This document shows, piece by piece, positions 10,012 through 18,415 of a stretch of 64,000 nucleotides of DNA. The stretch's first letter is position 1. Each line of letters begins with the position of its first letter. The DNA is taken from NCBI GenBank assembly GCA_965649295.1, contig CBFGKH010000004.1:64001-128000 (forward strand). Reading direction: 5' to 3'. A program made the position numbers and the translations under genes. The stretch is from a candidate division WOR-3 bacterium. GTDB lineage: Bacteria; Hydrothermota; Tepidihabitantia; Tepidihabitantales; Tepidihabitantaceae. The notes below the pieces were generated by a model. It saw nothing but the letters and a program-made list of their open reading frames with translations. It did no database searches and was not told the DNA's origin.

Positions 10012-10992
10012 CTAACCAAGCTCTAGTTCCGAGAACCCGCCCAAGTTGAGTCGACGAGGATTCTCACGTACAATCGACGACTCGCCTAGAATAGAAGCCG
10101 ATAGCAGCGAGTGCTCGACAATGACCCGGTCGTTGATGATGGAATCACTAATGACGGACCCACGAATCTCCGCTTCAGCACCAATCGAAACATGTGGGCC
10201 GACAACCGAGTTCTCCACAATTGCCGAATCGTGAATGAAAACAGGCGGGATGAACACGGTCCCAGGTCGCGGCCGGTATTGGCTGACACGCTGAAGCAAG
10301 TATCGGTTGGTGGCAATCAACGCTTCTCGAGTCCCGCAGTCCAACCAATGCTCCACTGTCTTGGCCCACAGGGTTGCACCAGCTTCGAGCATAAGCTGAA
10401 GAGCATCGGTTAACTGATACTCACCCTTGGTAAGGCGCCGCCCGGCGATCAGTCGTCCGATGGCCTCGAACAACTGGGAAGCATCATGTAGATAGTAGAC
10501 ACCAACGATGGCTAGGTTGCTAACCGAAACATCCGGCTTCTCGACTAACCGCGTCACACGTTTGCCATCAGTCTCAACGATACCGAATCGGCGTGGGTCC
10601 GATACTGGATGGACAGCCAGCATGCTCTCACCACCAATCATCTCGCGGATATCAGTATCGACGATTGTATCACCAAGCACGATCAGTACGCTGTCGCCCG
10701 GCCGAAAGAAAGGACTCGCCCGATTCACAGCATCACCAAGTCCACAGGGGTCGTCTTGACGGACGAAACGAAATCGACAACGGTAGCTGGATTCCAAGTA
10801 GGCACGGACCTGATCGCCCTGTGTACCAACGACGACAATGACCTCATCTGGCTCGGTTGGTAACAACCTATCCAAAATATGACCGATTATCGGCTTCCCT
10901 GCAACCTGCAGTAACACCTTTGGTGTTGCAACAGTATGTGGTTTCAGTCGCCGTCCTTCGCCAGCAGCCGGCAGTATCGCCTTGTAGCTCAT
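10012..10992 (-). CDS. Sugar-phosphate nucleotidyltransferase (long-form glucose-1-phosphate thymidylyltransferase-like)
   Basis: ILPAAGEGRRL.P.T...PK, LGD, GEYQLTDA, WLDCG; C-terminal hexapeptide beta-helix. Confidence 0.9.
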   Translation of the reverse strand: MSYKAILPAAGEGRRLKPHTVATPKVLLQVAGKPIIGHILDRLLPTEPDEVIVVVGTQGDQVRAYLESSYRCRFRFVRQDDPCGLGDAVNRASPFFRPGDSVLIVLGDTIVDTDIREMIGGESMLAVHPVSDPRRFGIVETDGKRVTRLVEKPDVSVSNLAIVGVYYLHDASQLFEAIGRLIAGRRLTKGEYQLTDALQLMLEAGATLWAKTVEHWLDCGTREALIATNRYLLQRVSQYRPRPGTVFIPPVFIHDSAIVENSVVGPHVSIGAEAEIRGSVISDSIINDRVIVEHSLLSASILGESSIVRENPRRLNLGGFSELELG

Positions 10993-12002
10993 AACAACGC
11001 CATCCGTTTCTTCAGTGCGTCGATCCGCGGTATTGCCATAGAATCAACGCCACGCAGTCTGGCCAGTTCAACACTAACATAGTCGCCCAACATTACGAGG
11101 GAGAGAAGGCGCGCCAATGGAGTCTGGCCTTCTGCTTCCAAGCAAACCATTCTGCACCCTGCCTGACGAGTCAAGGTACGCACAAGCTCAAGTCGTCGGA
11201 CATTCCTAGGGTGAGCGTCAACATCGCTGAGCGCAACAATCACGACTTTATCAGTCAGGAAACGTGGCCCACCCAAGCCAACGATCTCGTTGTGGTTCTG
11301 TTCCGGTAGAACGTGGGTGTGACAGAGGACCTTGGCATTCTCATTTAACTGAGACTGCCATCGCAAGACAACAGGGTCTAGCAGTCTTGTAGTCGAGTAG
11401 ACTACTGGCAACCGGTCGTGCAACGAATTGGCTATCGCCCGGGCCTGCCGCTGCCAAAAACACCTACGTGCCAGCATCAACGCGCTTGCCTCAGCAACTG
11501 CCTCATCTTGAGGTGGGCAAAGTCGCAACTGATCAAACAGACCAATTATTGCACCAAAGAGAAAACCCAGTGCAGCCCGCGGGGGCATGCCAGTCGGTAC
11601 AAGTACCAACGGACAGCCGCGTTTCCGACCTAGACGCGCTAGCTCCCCACCACCAGCGATGACCACTGTCTTGCAGCCCCTTTCCAACGCCCGTCTGAAT
11701 GCCGTCACCGTCTCTTCAGTATTGCCTGAGTGGCTGACAGCTACGCACAACGTGTGTTTTCCCGCACAGGCTGGCAGCGAATAGTCTTGACTGACGAGCA
11801 ACGGTACGGCCATAGTCTCATAAAACAAGCCAGCCGCCAGCCGACCACCGATACCCGATCCGCCCATGCCAGTGACTAGGACCAACCGCACGTCACGACT
11901 ACGACTGACTGCATTCATACGTCCGAGACGGAAACCTACGAGCAATTGCTCGGGCATGGCCGCTATCAGCTGTTCCATTCTGGTATTGTTATCGTCGCTC
12001 AT
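10989..12002 (-). CDS. Bifunctional phosphoglucose/phosphomannose isomerase (SIS domains)
   Basis: GMGGSGIGG, VSHSGNTEET, QLNENAK, PEQNHNE; start chosen at MSDD (12002). Confidence 0.93.
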   Translation of the reverse strand: MSDDNNTRMEQLIAAMPEQLLVGFRLGRMNAVSRSRDVRLVLVTGMGGSGIGGRLAAGLFYETMAVPLLVSQDYSLPACAGKHTLCVAVSHSGNTEETVTAFRRALERGCKTVVIAGGGELARLGRKRGCPLVLVPTGMPPRAALGFLFGAIIGLFDQLRLCPPQDEAVAEASALMLARRCFWQRQARAIANSLHDRLPVVYSTTRLLDPVVLRWQSQLNENAKVLCHTHVLPEQNHNEIVGLGGPRFLTDKVVIVALSDVDAHPRNVRRLELVRTLTRQAGCRMVCLEAEGQTPLARLLSLVMLGDYVSVELARLRGVDSMAIPRIDALKKRMALL

Positions 12003-13764
12003 TGACTGATGCAAAAAGCGAACTAGCTAGTTGCGGAAAACGCCTATCGAGCTCACGCCGCAACAAACGCTGTACCTCGAGTGCAGTTGATTGCTTCATT
12101 GCCAGTGCTGCAACCTCTGCAGCAACATCGGTATCGATCGAACGAATTATGTTCTTCGCTTCGGGTAAGGCACCAGGACTGGTTGATAACTCATCAATAC
12201 CAAGCCCAATCAAGAGAATTATACCCAACGGATCGGACGCAAACTCACCGCACAAACCAACCCAAATACCACGCCGGTGGGCGGCGTCTATCGTCTGCTT
12301 TATAAGCCGCAACACTGCCGGATGGAAATGGTCAAAGAGTTTTGCCACCCGCTCATTACCACGGTCTACGGCAAGCGTGTACTGAGTAAGGTCGTTGGAA
12401 CCGATCGATAGGAAGTTACACTCTTGGGCAAGACGGTCGGCCATTATTGCTGCTGACGGGATCTCGACCATTATTCCGTACTCAAAGTTCTCGTTAAAGG
12501 CCCGACCTTGGGCCCGTAGCTCACGCTTGGCCCGCTCAATCAACAGACGGGCGCGACGTACCTCTTCGATCGTTGCCACCATTGGCAACATCATCTTGAC
12601 ATTGCCGTGAGCCGAAGCCCGCAGAATCGCTCGGATTTGGGCTCCAAAGAGATCCGGGTTCTCGAACATGAGCCGAATGGCACGGAATCCCAAGAACGGA
12701 TTGGACTCAGTGTACCCGGGTAGTACTTTGTCGCCGCCGAGATCGAAGGTCCGTATCAGAACAGGGTGAGGTCTAAAGAGCCTGGCAACCTCAGCGTAGG
12801 CTGCATACTGCTCATCCTCCGTCGGAGCACGCCGACGGGCAAGGTACATATACTCAGTCCGATAGAGCCCAATACCGCGAGCGCCATGCTGCTTAGCGAC
12901 ACGGGCCTCTGCCAAAAACTCGATGTTAGCAGACAAGTCTATCGTGCGGTTATCGAGCGTCACCGGTTCGAGCTCATCGAGTTTTGACAGGTCAGCGACA
13001 TGAGCGGCCCGCCGGTCAATCTCTTCGTCATATGAGCGTAGCCGATTTGAAGAGGGATTGACAATGACCAGTCCTCGGAACCCGTCAACGAAGACTGGAT
13101 CGCCAGCTGCTATTCTTTCGCTAATCGGGCCCACCCCGACAACTGCAGGAAGCTCCTTGGCTTTCGCCATGATTGCGGTGTGCGAAGTCTTACCGCCAGC
13201 CTCCAGGACTAAACCGACCACCCGCCGCGGATCAAGCAATGCAGCCTCCGATGGAGGCAGGTCACGCGCCACCAGAATTGTCCCCGGTTCGACATCAAGC
13301 AACGACGAAACTGCCTCGCCGAGCAAATGTCGCAACACCCGACCAGCAACATCGGCTATGTCCAGGGCTCGTTCACGCATAAGTACAGCCTTGGAATCGG
13401 CAACCGCAGCGGCAGCTCGGTTAAAGACCCGCGCAAATGCGAATTCGGCATTGCGGCGCTTTTCTCGTATGAACTGCTCGGTATCACGCATCGCGTCCGG
13501 GTCAGCGACAAGTGCCAGCTGGACTGCAATGAACTCGGCAAAGTCGGCACCCATTTCGCGCTTGACTCGGCCATGAAGCATGCGAAGTTCCCGCTCGGCC
13601 GCCCGCACCGCGCGGTAGAACTTTCTGACTTCGTTCTCGACAGCGCCCGCCTCGATCTCCCTCTCACTCACAGCCGGACACTGAGGTCGGTACAGAAACG
13701 CCTGGCCGAGCACAAATCCGGCCGAGACCGAAATGCCACGCAGAATCATCTCTTTCTTACGCAT
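11989..13764 (-). CDS. ptsI: PTS enzyme I (PEP-protein phosphotransferase)
   Basis: GGKTSHTAIMA phospho-His, GIGLYRTE, ESNPFLGFR, SIGSNDLTQY, CGE. Confidence 0.97.
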   Translation of the reverse strand: MRKKEMILRGISVSAGFVLGQAFLYRPQCPAVSEREIEAGAVENEVRKFYRAVRAAERELRMLHGRVKREMGADFAEFIAVQLALVADPDAMRDTEQFIREKRRNAEFAFARVFNRAAAAVADSKAVLMRERALDIADVAGRVLRHLLGEAVSSLLDVEPGTILVARDLPPSEAALLDPRRVVGLVLEAGGKTSHTAIMAKAKELPAVVGVGPISERIAAGDPVFVDGFRGLVIVNPSSNRLRSYDEEIDRRAAHVADLSKLDELEPVTLDNRTIDLSANIEFLAEARVAKQHGARGIGLYRTEYMYLARRRAPTEDEQYAAYAEVARLFRPHPVLIRTFDLGGDKVLPGYTESNPFLGFRAIRLMFENPDLFGAQIRAILRASAHGNVKMMLPMVATIEEVRRARLLIERAKRELRAQGRAFNENFEYGIMVEIPSAAIMADRLAQECNFLSIGSNDLTQYTLAVDRGNERVAKLFDHFHPAVLRLIKQTIDAAHRRGIWVGLCGEFASDPLGIILLIGLGIDELSTSPGALPEAKNIIRSIDTDVAAEVAALAMKQSTALEVQRLLRRELDRRFPQLASSLFASVNERR

Positions 13765-14017
13765 CACTACTCTCAAGTCTCGCCTTCAGCACTGCAAAAG
13801 CCTGCTCCTCATCACTGCCGCTGACTTCAAGCAGCACCTCACTGCCTGACTCCGCCGCCAGAGTCAGTAACGCCAGAATACTCTTGGCGTTCACTCGCAT
13901 ACCGTCCTTAGTCAACCGAACATCACTGGCGAACTTCTCGGCCTCACGCACAAACGCCGCAGCCGGTCGCGCGTGTAAACCAACGGTCCCGCCAATTACA
14001 ACTTTTGCTCTAATCAT
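13757..14017 (-). CDS. ptsH: Phosphocarrier protein HPr
   Basis: GLHARPA (His15) and NAKSIL (Ser46); true start likely ATG 14017 (86 aa), not 14170. Confidence 0.95.
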   Translation of the reverse strand: MIRAKVVIGGTVGLHARPAAAFVREAEKFASDVRLTKDGMRVNAKSILALLTLAAESGSEVLLEVSGSDEEQAFAVLKARLESSDA

Positions 14018-14242
14018 AGCAGCAACCCGTCTCCAAGCAATATTGCTAGTCCACCCAGCAGTAAGAATGACGCATGCCCGGCTAAAGAGTAAACAAACAA
14101 CTGACATACCGTGCCGGCGGCGCCACTGACAAAGACGCCGCAGCACCAACGACCCAAACGGCCAGCCCACCGCTCAACACTTCGCATACCACGGAGTCAT
14201 AATACCCACTGACTTAAGAAAGTCCACCTCCACACCACGCCC

Positions 14243-14874
14243 TAGCAAACCGCAGCGATTCTATAATACCGCCACCGTAGCGAAAAACGTCATGAAGACT
14301 CCGCTTCGGGCGACACTGCGGCACGTGCCTGTCGGGCAGTTGCACGGCTGCTATCGCCCCGGCTCGCTCGTGTCGGACGCGGATTGAGCCGTCAACCCAC
14401 TCCTGAACGGAAACCCGGGAACCGGCGATGGCAGTGCTGCGGGTGTTGGGTTTGAGCTGGTAGCTGCGTCCGTGGTAGCTGATGGTGTTGTTGTTTTGGA
14501 TATCGCGGGTTGGACTTGGCGCAGAGGACGGTGCGCAGCTCAAGACCCGCGGGAATCGGTCGGAAGACTGGGCTGGGGTCTCGCGGCGGCACTCCGAAGC
14601 GTCAGGCGTAGTTGGGGATGAAGACCCGATAGCGGTAGTCGGTGTCTTGGGCTGAACCGGTGATGCGCTGGTCGAGTTCTGCGACCAGTCGGCCCCGGAA
14701 TGTGCCGTTGATGCGTTCGTTGCGGCCTGCGCCGATAGCCACGAGAAGGTCCGATGGATGACGGTGAGCCGTCTCACTTCCGGCTTCGTGAAATGCGCGC
14801 GTTCCAACACGCAACCAGCATGCCGTCAGTCAGCGCGTTACTGTCAATATGACATTTTTCGCTGCCGTTTCACA
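14243..14874 (-). mobile_element. Internally deleted, frameshifted IS1202/ISNCY-type insertion sequence remnant
   Basis: Left end TGTGAAACGGCAGCGAAAAATGTCAT; inverted copy AGCGAAAAACGTCAT near 14279-14293 (14/15 match); degenerate right end near 14243; transposase fragments in three frames (EVRRLTVIH; GRNERINGTFRGRL; LRTVLC; NNTISYHGRSYQL...VQEWVDGSI). Confidence 0.8.
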
Positions 14875-14926
14875 AATCCCATACTTGCGGCTTGACTCGC
14901 CAAAGGTGGTCTCTAGAATGGCGGCT

Positions 14927-16114
14927 ATGGACCTCTTTGCCAAGTGCACTGAGTACTACCAAATTGTCGCAGCTGCGAAGCAAGCGGGCTACTATCCCTA
15001 TTTCATACCACTCGATTCGGAACCGGATCGCCGTGTCACAATCCACGGCAAAGAACTGCTGATGCTAGGCTCCAACAACTACCTCGGACTCACGACTCAC
15101 CCCAAGGTGAAAGAGGCAGCCGTTGCCGCCATCCGCAAGTATGGTACTGGCTGCACTGGTTCGCGCTTCATGAACGGAACTTTGGACTTGCATGTTAAAC
15201 TCGAGCATGAACTTGCTCGTTTTTATCGCAAAGAAGCCTGCCTCGTTTTCTCAACTGGATATCAAACCAGCCTCGGCGTCGTCTCTGCTCTCGTTCGTAA
15301 GGGGGATGTTGCCATTACTGACAAACTCGATCACGCCTCGATCATGGATGGCTGTCAGATGTCGCATGGCACGGTGAAACGTTTCCTCCACAATGACCCA
15401 GTATCGTGCGAACGCGCCTTCACCCATATTCCCAGAGAAGCTGGCAGGCTCATCGTGGTCGACGGCGTCTTCTCAGTTGAAGGTGACCTGGCTCCACTCG
15501 ACAAGCTCGTCCCGATTGCCCGCCGCCACAATGCTCGGTTAATGGTTGATGATGCCCACTCTGTGGGCGTGGTCGGTCGTCACGGTCGCGGGACCGCGGA
15601 GCATTTTGGTGTCGAACGAGATGTCGATCTCATCATGGGAACATTCTCCAAGTCGTTCGCAACAATTGGCGGTTATGTTGTCGGCGAAGAAAAGGTAATC
15701 ACCTACATCCGCCATAACGCCCGGCCGATGCTTTTCTCCGCCGCCATCCCGCCGACCGCGGCTGCGACCGTACTGGCGGCCCTGGAAGTGATTAGGACCG
15801 AGCCTGAGCGTCGCGAACGACTCTGGCAGATTGCCAATAAGATGCGCGATGGGCTGCGGTCGATGGGCTATGATATCGGCACAAGTGTCACTCCCATAAT
15901 CCCGCTACACATTGGCGAGATGACGAAGACCCTACAGTTCTGGCGACGCCTCTACGACGCCGGGATATTCGCCAACGCATTCGTCCCACCCGGTGTACCA
16001 CCCAATCGCTCCTGCATTCGCACAAGCTACATGGCTACCCACACTGATGAAGACACCGACCTTGCTCTAGACATCTTTCGCCGGGTCGGCAAGTCTGCCG
16101 GTGTGATTCCATGA
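14927..16114 (+). CDS. spt: PLP-dependent alpha-oxoamine synthase, serine palmitoyltransferase-like
   Basis: G.YPYF N-terminus, GSNNYLGL, GTGCTGSRFMNGTLD, HASIMDG, DDAH, GTFSKS lysine motif typical of SPTs; start chosen at MDLF. Confidence 0.75.
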   Translation: MDLFAKCTEYYQIVAAAKQAGYYPYFIPLDSEPDRRVTIHGKELLMLGSNNYLGLTTHPKVKEAAVAAIRKYGTGCTGSRFMNGTLDLHVKLEHELARFYRKEACLVFSTGYQTSLGVVSALVRKGDVAITDKLDHASIMDGCQMSHGTVKRFLHNDPVSCERAFTHIPREAGRLIVVDGVFSVEGDLAPLDKLVPIARRHNARLMVDDAHSVGVVGRHGRGTAEHFGVERDVDLIMGTFSKSFATIGGYVVGEEKVITYIRHNARPMLFSAAIPPTAAATVLAALEVIRTEPERRERLWQIANKMRDGLRSMGYDIGTSVTPIIPLHIGEMTKTLQFWRRLYDAGIFANAFVPPGVPPNRSCIRTSYMATHTDEDTDLALDIFRRVGKSAGVIP

Positions 16115-17232
16115 GCAGCGTCACGATCCGGCGAGTAACATCAAACCGCGACCTCGACAGCTTTGTCCGTCTACCATTTCAGCTTTATGAGAATGACCCC
16201 AACTGGGTTCCGCCGCTGGTAGCTGACCTCCGCAACGCCCTTACTCCTGGCAAGGGCCCATTCTGGAATCATGCTGAGCGGGAACTCTTTTTGGCTGAGA
16301 AGAGTAACGGGGTTGTTGGTCGCATTGCCGGCATCGTTGACCACAACTACAATCAAGTGCGCGGGTCACGCACTGGCTTCTGGGGCTACTTTGAATCGGT
16401 CAACGACGTGTCGGTTGCCGCCGCGCTATTTGCTGCAGCGACCGACTTCGCACGCGACCACGGCTGCGATCGCATACTCGGACCGGCCAACCCTTCGCTC
16501 AACGACGAATCCGGCTTGTTGATCGCTCCGTTCGATTCACCACCGATGATCCGGATGAGCTACAATCCACCCTACTACCCTCGACTTGTCGAAGCTTGCG
16601 GTTTTGCCAAGGCGAAAGACCTCTACGCGTACGTCATCGATGTAGCTATACCAATACCCGAAAAGTTACAACGAGTAATGACCCGACTGAAGCAACGGCC
16701 AGGCGTCTCTGTCCGCCCGATTGACTTATCCCGCATCCGACGCGAGCTTGCTCTCATTAAGGAAGTCTATAATGACGCCTGGTCACAGAACTGGGATTTC
16801 GTTCCTATGACCGACGAGGAACTCGACGACCTCGCGCGACAACTGAAGCCCCTTGTCGAGCCTTCGCTCTGTCCTTTTGTCTTCTATAATGGCGAAATCG
16901 CCGGCATCTGCATCGCTCTTCCCGATTATAACATCGTCTTGCGTCACCTTGGTGGTCGGCTGGGACCAGTCGAGATGGTCAAGTTCCTGAGGCTACGGCG
17001 GAAGATCGACCAGGCCCGGCTTTGGGCGCTTGGCGTCAAGCGCAAGTTTCACAACCTTGGGCTCGATTCGCTGCTATACTACGAATCCTTGATTGCTGCC
17101 CGCCAGCTCGGTTACCGCCGCGGCGAAGTATCCTGGATCCTTGAGGATAACGTCCACATCATCCGGCCAATCCAGATGATGGGCGGCCGCATCTACAAAA
17201 CCTACCGCATCTACGAACGCCGAGTCAGGTAG
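16111..17232 (+). CDS. Tandem-GNAT N-acyltransferase (YghO / bacterial ceramide synthase-like)
   Basis: F..LP..LY..DPNWVPPL, GRIA, GFWGYFE, YNPPYY, YNDAWS.NW.F.P, SWILEDN, KTYRIY; ATGA overlap with spt. Confidence 0.75.
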   Translation: MSSVTIRRVTSNRDLDSFVRLPFQLYENDPNWVPPLVADLRNALTPGKGPFWNHAERELFLAEKSNGVVGRIAGIVDHNYNQVRGSRTGFWGYFESVNDVSVAAALFAAATDFARDHGCDRILGPANPSLNDESGLLIAPFDSPPMIRMSYNPPYYPRLVEACGFAKAKDLYAYVIDVAIPIPEKLQRVMTRLKQRPGVSVRPIDLSRIRRELALIKEVYNDAWSQNWDFVPMTDEELDDLARQLKPLVEPSLCPFVFYNGEIAGICIALPDYNIVLRHLGGRLGPVEMVKFLRLRRKIDQARLWALGVKRKFHNLGLDSLLYYESLIAARQLGYRRGEVSWILEDNVHIIRPIQMMGGRIYKTYRIYERRVR

Positions 17233-17980
17233 TTCGGCGCTGACGAACAGTGAGGGTGTGACGCACCATTTGGACACATTTCATCGGATTGTGCCAAATC
17301 TCGCCACCAGAAAACCGCAGCACGTGCCAGCCCCCCGCGTTCAGTGCGTTGTCGCGCCGCCGGTCCTGTGCTGCCTTTTCTCGACCAGAATGATAGGCCT
17401 CGCCATCGCACTCAATTGCCAGTTTGCGCCCCTTGGTCACAATTGCCATATCAAGCATGAACCCCTCTCCCTGTTCACGCACATAGTACTGACGCTCAGA
17501 TTCAATACCGGCTCGGCGCAGCGCATCGTACAACCTATCCTCAATCGGACTCGACCGAAACAGGTCATTAATCTCATCCGCAACCAGCAACCGTTCCATA
17601 GTAGTCGGAATGAAGACTATGCGACGCAGTCTGCGGCTGGGAATCGGCGCCGGCAGCGGTACGAGCTCACCAACCTGAACCTGCCAGTACTCGTCCTCAG
17701 CCCGCGGATGGTCCGGCTCGTCAGGCAACAGTTCTTTTCGAGTTCGCCTTCTCATCCCTAACACCAGCGCATACCAATTCACTGACCACTTCTCGCTGCC
17801 GAAAGCTCTAGTCTGGTAGAAAGCCAAGTAACGTGCCGTCGCCAACTCTGGTGGTGCTGTCCTCACTGGAACCCGGTACCAGTGCTGCTCACGCAACAAT
17901 CGCCAGTCTTTGGGACGAGTCACCACACAGACCAGTGCTGGTGCTTCTCTTCCCCAAGCACAATTCCGACGCGCTGCCAT
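17225..17980 (-). CDS. DUF559/Vsr-like endonuclease with N-terminal PUA/EVE-like domain
   Basis: C-terminal SPIE...Q....FMLD...AIECDG..YH.....D..RDN.L...GW.VLRF; N-terminal HWYRVP / YLAFYQ domain; start ATG 17980 follows a promoter. Confidence 0.8.
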   Translation of the reverse strand: MAARRNCAWGREAPALVCVVTRPKDWRLLREQHWYRVPVRTAPPELATARYLAFYQTRAFGSEKWSVNWYALVLGMRRRTRKELLPDEPDHPRAEDEYWQVQVGELVPLPAPIPSRRLRRIVFIPTTMERLLVADEINDLFRSSPIEDRLYDALRRAGIESERQYYVREQGEGFMLDMAIVTKGRKLAIECDGEAYHSGREKAAQDRRRDNALNAGGWHVLRFSGGEIWHNPMKCVQMVRHTLTVRQRRTT

Positions 17981-18415
17981 TTCGCAATTGTAGATACTAC
18001 CCACGCATGGTCAACACCAGCCGATTGGCAAGCACTGCGCAAAAGAACGCAGCAAAATCTTCTAATCACTATCTGATCAGCACTCGGAAGCTCACTCAGA
18101 CGCCGCCTGCAAGCATCCCAGTCCAGACACTTGGCAATCCAGTCATTCTTGTTGAAGCCAAAGTCGCCGGAACACTTGCGCGCCATCGCACCGTAGAACA
18201 CCTACCGTGCTCTCTGTCCTTCGGTATCGTTGATAACCTGGCGAATGCCTCCAATATGAGGCCCTCAACCTATCGCGAAGCCCCATCCGCCTGCTAACCA
18301 CGAGGCTTTCCCGTCCCCTGCATGCAACCAACAGCTCTCGCCCTTCTGGCCAGCAGAAAATCGGCCGTCACTTGACGGCACTGCAGCGACCTCCCGCCAG
18401 CTGGTCTGGTTGTGG

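Noticed and set aside
17920..18410. Small Cys-containing ORFs between the DUF559 and HEAT genes
   Set aside because: No recognisable family; some overlap the DUF559 start and promoter. May be a decayed gene but cannot be supported.
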